Assembly: GCA_951406725.2 (NCBI GenBank)
Contig: OX597828.1
Span: 56,048,001-56,112,000 of the forward strand
Direction: 5' to 3'
Origin: Octopus vulgaris
Lineage: Eukaryota
Length of the DNA: 64,000 bases
Every line of letters begins with the position of its first letter. The stretch's first letter is position 1. The notes under the pieces were generated by a model. The model was given only the letters and a program-made list of their open reading frames with translations. It did not search any database and was not told the origin of the DNA. Positions 54,335-64,000 of the stretch are shown here, piece after piece. Made by a program: the position numbers and the translations under genes.

Positions 54335-55430
54335 GGGACGTTATCTTGAGGTTTAGTGTGAAGAAGTCTCTTCAAATCTCAGGAATCTATCTTAGGATTC
54401 TGCAGTTCCACAACACCAGTGACAATTCCAATATCATTCTGTCTCCTTGGTAGGTGTTTGGGTGTTGCGACAACTGCACTAATCACCATAGGAATAATTG
54501 TTTCCTTCGTCGCCAAAACCGCTTCAGGTACCAATATTTCTAGGTACCAATATTTCTCAACCTTTTTGGTATATACTCTGTTATCATATGTCTGTGATTT
54601 GACCGCGTTTGTTTCTTTCCTCATCTATAATCATATTTGAGTTTCCTGCTTCAGTAATATTATTATTATTATGATTGTTAATTCGGCGAACTGGCAGAAT
54701 TGTTAACACGCCACGCAAAATGCTTAGCGGCATTTCGTCCATCTTTGTTCTGAGTTCAAATTCCGCCGATGTCCCTTTTGCATTTTTATCCTTTTCCGGC
54801 CGAAAATTAAGTTAAACACCGAGATCGATGTAATCGACAAGCCACTCCTCCTCTAAAATATGTGTCTTTAATACAAATTATTATTATTATTATTTCTGTT
54901 GTTGGTTCATTTCAGTGGTAAATTTAGACTCCGCACACTAACAAGACGTTCAGCCAATTATCTCAGGTTTTGACAGTTAGTGAATCTAGAGCAAGAAGTT
55001 AAACTCAGGCGTTCCATAATTGTAAGTGGTTCGGTAAATGATGGACTACAATGCACTTCAGTTGCAATTATATACATTGTTTGAAAATACCTTGTTCCAG
55101 CGTACCATTTTCTCCTAAACGCATCCACAGATTTTGTTCTGGTCAAGACAATCTCATTTGTATATGAATGATTGCCTATGTGTCCTAGCAGAATGTTTTT
55201 TTCTTCTTTTTCTTACTTTGCAATATATAATATAATAATAGTCTTCAGAGAACCATATAATAACTGCCAAGAACTTCTTAGAAATACCTTAGCAATATTA
55301 CACACGCATATATCATACTGTGAAACGTTGCAGATGTGTACATCTATACATCCAGAAAAGGAGGAAGATTTACACTCATATCCTCACAATCTTGCCAGCA
55401 ATTACAGATAAAAGCCTTCAGATAGAAGAA
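54335..55430 (-). mobile_element. Highly decayed R4/Dong-like non-LTR element (restriction-like endonuclease end), interrupted by a SINE
   Basis: Peptide YDNRVYTKKVEKYWYLE...TIIPMVISAVVATPKHL...IGI...VELQ resembles the D.RV..KE.EK..KY..L..E...P+VIGA.G..PK.L C-terminus of R4-clade ORFs; (TTA)n tracts are adjacent. Confidence 0.5.
54683..54870 (+). mobile_element. SINE, family 2
   Basis: ggcgaactggcagaattgttaacacgcc...ttctgagttcaaattccgccga. Confidence 0.75.
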
Positions 55431-55986
55431 TCGAGTCTCTGTATTATACAATAATCATTTCTAATACATAGCATTGGAGTGTGTGTCATGTGCACTTGAT
55501 AGCTTTGTTCCTCAAAGGTTATATTCTATAATTCTGTTCTCATACATTATCTCTTATCTCTTTGTTTTTCACGTATATTTCCCCTATCACGTTCTCATAC
55601 ATCACGTTCTCATACATTGTAACTATTCGAAAGTAGTATTATCTTTATTCATGTCAGTGTTTGAGTCTTTCTTTGTACTTTCATGTATTTTATAACATTC
55701 CCGAAAACAAATATATACAGGAACAGTACAATAAACAACGGTGGGTAAGTATATAAATATATATGTATATATGTATATACATATATATGCATACATATGC
55801 ATATATATATATTTATACATGTATATATATATTATACATATATATATGTATGTATATACATATATATATATTATACATATATATATGTATGTATATACAT
55901 GTGCATGTATATATATATATATGTATGTATGTATATATATATATGCATATATGCATATATGCATATGTATATATGTATATATATAA

Positions 55987-56163
<177 letters not shown>

Positions 56164-56359
56164 GTGTGTGTAGCGAAAGAATTCACAAGAAAAAAAACAA
56201 AGACAAAGATAGGTGGTGTAGACAACAAACAGATGTATTAGTTTAACGCTCGGGAAGGGAAAAAAGTGTTTAACGTTTCGGGACTAAGCTCTTCCACAGA
56301 AAGCAACACAGAAAGAAACAAGGAGATAAAATGAAGAATGTGTAGTGGCTAGCGATCTA

Positions 56360-56640
56360 TGTTCTTCAAGCAATGCCTCAAGGAGCTTATCATCAAACCC
56401 GTTCGACCTTCATCTTCAAGGCTGAATTCTCCACTTCTGAATTTTGCAAACCGTCTTCTGCAAGTTCTTCAATTCAAGTAATCTTTCGCATAAACTGAGT
56501 GTATGTTTCGCGTCGATTCGGATTCAGAGTTTCCATTTTTGTACGCATAAAGCATTATGTGCCTCAAATGCCCTTCGGATACTTCCATGTTAGAAAGCGT
56601 TTTAATCAAAGAAATTTTAATTCTATTATTCCGTAAAATA
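56360..56640 (-). mobile_element. Mariner transposase N-terminal fragment
   Basis: Minus strand MEVSEGHLRHIMLY...TCRRRFAKFRSGEFSLEDEGR. Confidence 0.75.
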
Positions 56641-56806
56641 ATGTTTAATTAGGTTAAATATACACAAATGCACAAAAATAATTCCTTTAGACGTTCTAAA
56701 CTACTGTTAAATTTCATTCAGTTTAAAAAGAAAAGGTAAAATCGGACAGAACTTATTGGATGTATATGTATATATATGTATATATACATATGTATATATA
56801 TATGTG

Positions 56807-56855
<49 letters not shown>

Positions 56856-56976
56856 ATATATATATATATGTATATATATATGTATATATATGTATATATG
56901 TGTATATTTGTATATATATGTAAGTATATATATATATATGTATATATATATGTATATATATGTATATATGTATGTC

Positions 56977-57011
<35 letters not shown>

Positions 57012-57120
57012 GTATATATATGTATATATGTATGTCTATATATATATATGTATGTATATATATATGTATATATATATGTATATATGTATGTCTATATATA
57101 TATATATATATGTATATATA

Positions 57121-57354
57121 GTAGAAATTTGTTACAAAAAGAAAATACAAAATACACGTGGAAATGTAAGGGAAAATAAGAAAAATCAACGAAAATGCAC
57201 ATTGCGAATAAAAAAAGAAAAGGCTTTTTATGAAAGGTAACGACAGATATATACAATTAGATGAACGGAGGTAGTAATACAATTCATAAAAGACATTACG
57301 AGATGATTAAAAAGGCAGAAAACAAAGAATACCATGGTTTCGTCATAAGCTAAC

Positions 57355-57393
<39 letters not shown>

Positions 57394-57808
57394 AACACAC
57401 ACGCATACAGACACTTGTGCGTATATATATATTCATATATATATAGAATCCATGATATATCCTAACATCATTAAAGAGCCAGCTATGAAAATTTTCAACC
57501 TATTCAGTAATTAAATCAACGATCAAGGTTCCAGAAAAAGAAATTATAAGTCTCAATTATTTATTGTTCATCTTATTTCCAACAGATATTAACTGAAGGC
57601 AATCGTTACTTTCTGAAACAGCAAGACGTATCGCTGCTGAAGCCCATTTCACCAGCTGTTTCTTCGGATTTAAGGTTTGTTAATTTTCATTATAATTTAC
57701 TGCATGAAATTATACAAATATGTATATATATCTATCTATCTATCTATCTATATATCTATATATATATATATCTATATATATATATGTATATATATATATA
57801 TGTATGTC

Positions 57809-57842
<34 letters not shown>

Positions 57843-58111
57843 TATGTCTATATATATATATATATATGTATATATAGTAGAAATTTGTTACAAAAAGAAA
57901 ATACAAAATACACGTGGAAATGTAAGGGGAAAATAAGAAAAATCAACGAAAATGCACATTGCGAATAAAAAAAGAAAAGGCTTTTTATGAAAGGTAACGA
58001 CAGATATATACAATTAGATGAACGGAGGTAGTAATACAATTCATAAAAGACATTACGAGATGATTAAAAAGGCAGAAAACAAAGAATACCATGGTTTCGT
58101 CATAAGCTAAC

Positions 58112-58151
<40 letters not shown>

Positions 58152-58467
58152 ACACACACGCATACAGACACTTGTGCGTATATATATATTCATATATATA
58201 TAGAATCCATGATATATCCTAACATCATTAAAGAGCCAGCTATGAAAATTTTCAACCTATTCAGTAATTAAATCAACGATCAAGGTTCCAGAAAAAGAAA
58301 TTATAAGTCTCAATTATTTATTGTTCATCTTATTTCCAACAGATATTAACTGAAGGCAATCGTTACTTTCTGAAACAGCAAGACGTATCGCTGCTGAAGC
58401 CCATTTCACCAGCTGTTTCTTCGGATTTAAGGTTTGTTAATTTTCATTATAATTTACTGCATGAAAT
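57121..58467. repeat. Tandem duplication, period ~756 bp
   Basis: 57121-57710 is repeated at 57877-58467, differing essentially only in homopolymer and microsatellite lengths. Confidence 0.92.
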
Positions 58468-58482
58468 ACAAATACTGCTACC

Positions 58483-58603
<121 letters not shown>

Positions 58604-60139
58604 TTCTATTTTATCTATATATCTATCTACCAATCTCGCCATGTATCTATCTACCAATCTTGCCATGTATCTATCTATCCACATGGTAAATTCCTTTGTC
58701 TCGACCACGGTCGAACAATGATGATGATGATCTATCCATCACTCTGTGTCTGTTTTTCTATGAATCTATTCAAAACATAAATATGTGCGCACGCGCTCTT
58801 ACGCACACTCACTCACACACACACATACACACAGATACATATATCTCCGTTCGTGTATCATACTAAATGTACACATGCCAGTAGAAGGCATGATACTGCC
58901 GATCTCTCTGCTATAAACACAACTTCATTGACCTCTTCTATTAGAAGTCGGACATCGTAACTACAGAAACAATATTTCATTTTTGGATTTGGTTTGCAAG
59001 ATTCTTTATGTGAGTTCGTGTGTTGAAGCTTATTCTGTTGAGTCTGGGGAGAGTGATTTGTGTGTGTGTGTGTGTGTATGTGTGTGTTTCTTTCTGTTAG
59101 TGTTTCCCTGTCCCCATTACTTGAAAATTGGTGTTGGCTTGTAATTTAGCGTTTCGGCAAAAGAGAACGATAGTCTTAGAACCAGGATTTAAATAATATA
59201 TAAAAGTAGTGTCCAATCATGACCACAGTCCAACGGCTTAACAAACAAATGATAAATGATGAAATATATATACGCATACATATGCATGTGTATTTGTTCG
59301 CTTAGATAAGTATGATCACTTTTGTATGTTTGTATGAGAAATTTACCCATATATACACGTATGATATATTTTCTATCGTATATCGTATATGTGTTTATGT
59401 GTTTGATATCATATATTTGTCTTTATCATAGTTACAATTCATTAGCTATCATTAAACATTTGTTCACGTTTTGAATCCATACGTAATGAAGTTAGTCCAA
59501 CACGCTTTCTGCAAACGAATCCATTATAACTGACTAAAATATAGAAATGAAGAAAAGCTAACACGAAATTAGTGTACCCATTCCAGAATGGATTTGCGCA
59601 TCAATTTGTCAAAAAATATAATTAGCGAAGCCTAACAACGTTAATATGTCTAATAATATAGTATACTGTTGTGTTTGCAGAAAGAAATTTATGGTTTGCG
59701 AGAATGTTGATGGGATGTAGGAACAAATCATATCTCATAATTTGATTTCAGGCTTAATGATGGACGTAAAGGAAAATGGCTCTCAAGAAAAAAAAACAAT
59801 AAAATGGCTTGCAGTAATAACCTGTTTCTCAAGAGATAATAATAAAAGGAGGTCATCGTTAGTTTAATCTGTATGTTGCGTCGCCCACACTTTTAATATT
59901 TACTGTTTGTTCTGTTAACACGGTTGCTTTAAATCAGCAAAAATATCTCACCACAAGTCATACACTAATATATTAAAAAGAAGGACACTTTGGATAAAGC
60001 TAGTTGTAGATATACAGCTATTGGCGCAGACTCTGTGGTAAGAAACTTGCTTCCGAAACACATGGTCCTGGGTTCAGTCCCGCTGCATGGCACCTCAGGC
60101 AAGTGTCTTCTGCTATAGCCTCGGGCCGACCACAGCCTC

Positions 60140-61440
60140 TGCGTGGCTTCGATATACAAGGTGTGCACTGCACAGAGAATGTGCCGTATTTGGCAACATT
60201 TTGAAGCCTCTTCAGCAAGAGAGACAGCAACTTCAAGAATGTTATCGGAATCCTCTTATAGTTCTTTTATTTCTTCTTCTTCAAGATTTACAGTAGTTCT
60301 TTCCTCATCAGCAATTTCTTCGTTTGCGTTCAACTTCTCAATAGTTTTAATAATATTTGATGCATTATCAGTAACAATATACATAACCTGCTTCTTTGGA
60401 TTTGATATTCTTTCATAACATTTTCTATCAAGGATTGAAGGTCATCATGACTTGATTTCATGTCTTTAACATTCACAGTTTTTGTCACAATCTTACCATC
60501 ATCGTTAACAAATCTTACATTTATTGCAAAATAATTTACTCAATGCCTAGTAGCTGCGTCAATTTTTAAAAACATGTACCGGCCCTGGAGAGTTTTCTGC
60601 AATTATTCAGTTTTTGCAGTTGCTTCGTTAACAAGTTTTCTGATACTTTGCCTGTCTGTTGAAACATAAAACATTCTATCCATTTCACCATTGAGTTGAA
60701 GAAATGCTGGCTGTGAACATAAACTTAGAGATATGGTATTTTGTACAACTAATTCAATAAGACACGTCCTAAATGTTTCTGCAGTTATTTTTATCGTTAT
60801 TTATTTCTTTATTCCCCACAAGGGGCTAAACATAGAGGCGACAAACAAGGACAGACAAAGGGATTAAGTCGATTACATCGACGCCAGTGCGTAACTGGTA
60901 CTTATTTAATCGACCCCGAAAGGATTAAAGGCAAAGTCGACCTTGGCGGAATTTGAACTCAGAACGTAACGGCAGCCGAAATACCGCTAAGCATTCCGGC
61001 CGGCGTGCTAACGTGTCTGCCAGTTCGCCGCCTTTATCGCCGCCTGTTATCGTTATTTTGTCAGAAGTAAAGAACCTTGTGACAGTTGTTTGCTTTGCAG
61101 TTGATATCCCAGTAACTGATTTTGAAGTACTTGGCTTTGCTTCTTGTGCACTTGGACCATTTACGCTTGTTTTATCCTTTTCATTTACTTTTTCTAATGC
61201 TCTTGGATAGAAGCGCTCTACATGTCTTTTCAAATTACTTGCTCTTGAAGGAGCGTTTTTATTAGAACATCTATAAGCACTTAATTTGCTGTTACAAATT
61301 TTTCCAGTATCATCATTATCACTATCTTCTCCATCAACCATACACTGACACACATTATTTTTCATCTTCGGTGATAGTAAAACGTTCAACTACACTAGAT
61401 TTAGCAGATTTAGGTATTTGCTATTTTTCTTTCCATATTG
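60140..61440 (-). pseudogene. Decayed hAT transposase with BED zinc finger
   Basis: CQC...ICNSKL...SNLKRHVERF (BED), MFLKIDAAT and IVTDNASNIIK (hAT catalytic motifs); interrupted by a SINE. Confidence 0.8.
60803..61046 (-). mobile_element. SINE, family 2, with 12-bp target site duplication
   Basis: ttatcgttattt at 60791-60802 and 61047-61058 flanks the copy. Confidence 0.9.
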
Positions 61441-61655
61441 TTAGGACTGTCAACATCAACAATATCAATGGAAATATAAACAATATTTAATTCAGAAAAA
61501 AAAAATCAAACATCAAAACCGCTGACCGCATAAATTACAGTTAGTACTTAACATTAAGCATAGTTAAATTACCGTAATATTTATTAATAAATTATATATC
61601 GTCATAAAAAGTTAGGATTGAAGCTACAATGGTATTAAAGACTTGATAAATTTAT

Positions 61656-62649
61656 AGTTACACGCCAGGCGCGATTTCGATACTAAATAATTTTTTACCA
61701 CAATTTTTTTCCGTTCTTTTTTTTGGTGCAATCGCCTTAGTTGACCTCGTAACCTGTCAGAAATGCATTTTCTCGCGGAAAACGGAGGGGGTGGATGTGC
61801 GGCGGAACCTCGGTAATTCCCCTGCGTTTTGTTTTTAGTTGCAATCGTCTTAATTGACCTCATAATGGTTAGAAACTGCATTTTGTCCGTGGAAAACGGA
61901 GGGGTGGAGCGGAACCTAGGCCAGTCCTGGATATCTTCTGTCTCCGGATTTTTGCTGGAATCGATCATTTACTGGCGATCTGGGAGGGGTGTATATAATT
62001 TTGCTGCCTCAATAAATAAAAAATTCGTGCAGCAATTTTTTTGTTTTTGTTTTCTATAGCAGAGATAAATAAGTATCAGGCCAGGTGCTGGTGTAGATAG
62101 TTTGAACACATACTCGGCCCTTTTTACTCATTCTTTTAAATCTCGCCATTTTGTGTGTATATGTGTGCATGTGGGGTATCAAAATAATCACTTTTTTGTG
62201 TGTGTGGTTTATTAAGTAATGCTGATAACCTAATGCGTGTATATTTTTGTAAGCCGAGCAAGAATCACTGTAGATAACTGAACCAGACTTGATGAATTTT
62301 GGAATTAGTGGAAGCAAAGTCGTTTTGTCACGCTTCTGACCAGTCAGAGGAACAACACAGCGACGTTTGCTAATCAGCTCAATTCTAGCGAACAACCAAA
62401 CATAAACATTTTAATCAGTATATACAATATGAAAATAGAATTAACTGATTATATGTATGAGGTCAATAAAGACGATTGCAAAGAAAACAAAAAACGCGGG
62501 AGACGGGGTGGGGAAGGGGAATTTCCGAGGTTCCGCCCCACCCCATACATTTCCGACAGCTTATGAGGTCAACTAAGAAGATTGGTCCCCCAGGCCCCAA
62601 TAAAAATACTCGGAAAAAAAAATTAGTACCGAAATTCTGGTGTGAAACC
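61656..62649 (-). mobile_element. Deleted Merlin (ISXO2/IS1016-like) DNA transposon
   Basis: Peptide RDKTTLLPLIPKFIKSGSVIYSDSCSAYKNIHALGYQHYLINH. Imperfect TIRs agttacacgccag..atttcgatactaa / ttagtaccgaaattctggtgtgaaacc. Flanks ataaattta(t) / ataaattta(c). Confidence 0.78.
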
Positions 62650-63312
62650 ATAAATTTACCAAAGAATTATACTTAAAATACAAAAAAAAAAAAAAAAAAA
62701 TTCTTCAGAATTTTAACACTCGAAACGAAAAAAAAACGGAATCAAATTATGGTTGTAAACGACTATCTAGTATCTTCTAGATGTTTTTAAAGGTAACAGA
62801 ACAATTTCTGCAGAAACCTTGAACGCTACTTTCTTTTTACAATTTTATTTTCATAATCCTACAAAACATTTTATATATATGTGAAAGAATACATGCCTAA
62901 AAATTACCCTTAATTTAGTTATTTCCGATTGAAACACTTCATTTAACAATCTTAAAATGTAAACTTCATAGGTCCCTTGTGCGCGCATTGCATCAGCTTT
63001 CAATTTGAAAGATGGTGAAATACGAGCAGAAGCAAGCATTCGCCTCAGCCAAGGTTATGTTGAAAACTGACGCAATTCACGGCTCACTCAAATTGATTGC
63101 AGATTACACTCATTACAGTTTGTTGCGATGCAGTCCATTATATTTGCATGTTATTCAAAGGATAAATTTGCGCAATCTTGTGATTATCAATTTTCAATGT
63201 AATTTATAGTGTAAAACTAATTCTTAATTTGCATATATTTACAGCCGCTTCTATTGTAGTTTAGTTTATTTGATTATGGTCTATTATAAAACATAATTAA
63301 ATAAAGTATACT

Positions 63313-63527
63313 CTTTACTCTTTTACTCTTTTACTTGTTTCAGTAATTTGACAGCGGCCATGCTGGAGCACCGCCTTTAGTCGAGCAAATCGACCCCGGG
63401 ACTTATTCTTTGTAAGCCCAGTACTTATTCTATCGGTCACTTTTGCCGAACCGCTAATGACGGGGACGTAAACACACCAGCATCGGTTGTCAAGCAATGC
63501 TAGGGGGAGAAACACAGACACACAAAA

Positions 63528-63558
<31 letters not shown>

Positions 63559-63722
63559 CATATATACGACAGGCTTCTTTCAGTTTCCGTCTACCAAATC
63601 CACTCACAAGGCATTGGTCGGCCCGGTGCTATAGCAGAAGACACTTGCCCAAGATACCACGCAGTGGGACTGAACACAGAACCATGTGGTTGTTTAGAAA
63701 GCTACTTACCACACAGCTACTC
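63313..63722 (-). mobile_element. tRNA-derived SINE, family 1, full length
   Basis: Collinear with 16012-16405; tail (taaaagag)n. Confidence 0.9.
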
Positions 63723-63765
63723 CTAAATATATTTTTTATCAAATAAACAGTATAATATTTTAGAG

Positions 63766-63855
63766 AAGTCGGAGTTAGCCGATTTTCACCGACCTTGAAT
63801 CTGACTCTTAAAACACAAAAATTGTTTCGACTCCAACTCCGACTCCACAGCCCTG
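63766..63855 (-). mobile_element. hAT terminal sequence, probably the 5' end of the 60140 element
   Basis: Minus strand begins CAGGGCTGTGGAGTCGGAGTTGGAGTCG with subterminal GGAGTC repeats, a common hAT end. Confidence 0.6.
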
Positions 63856-63875
63856 TATACATACATATATGTAAG

Positions 63876-63916
<41 letters not shown>

Positions 63917-64000
63917 GTTTGACTAAGTGGTTGGGATATTCGGCTTCCGAGAGATCGGTACTCGGCGTCGTGATGTGTCCTTGAGCAAGATATTTCACCT

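Overview
AT-rich, microsatellite-saturated animal genomic DNA. The SINE families and (TA)n load look like Octopus/coleoid cephalopod, which is an inference. The only host gene supported is a + strand DH-domain RhoGEF resembling ECT2L. It has three in-phase internal exons (2866-3090, 28069-28225, 51610-51675) separated by ~25 kb and ~23 kb introns. The introns are filled with tRNA-derived SINEs, decayed mariner, hAT, Merlin and Helitron elements, a Penelope RT fragment, and a 15.6 kb stack of CR1-like LINEs inserted in (TA)n. Two things stand out. First, at least four unrelated families of small fold-back elements carry type I hammerhead ribozyme motifs, most of them inserted in (TA)n. One is a non-coding 564-nt tandem unit with a hammerhead in every copy (retrozyme-like, could yield a circular RNA), and several motifs lie sense to the host pre-mRNA. 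Second, three different LINE families and two SINE families share a covarying two-hairpin+GAAAC 3' terminal module, including a SINE whose 50-nt tail matches the neighbouring LINE at 48/50. All structures were read by eye. Boundaries of decayed elements are approximate.
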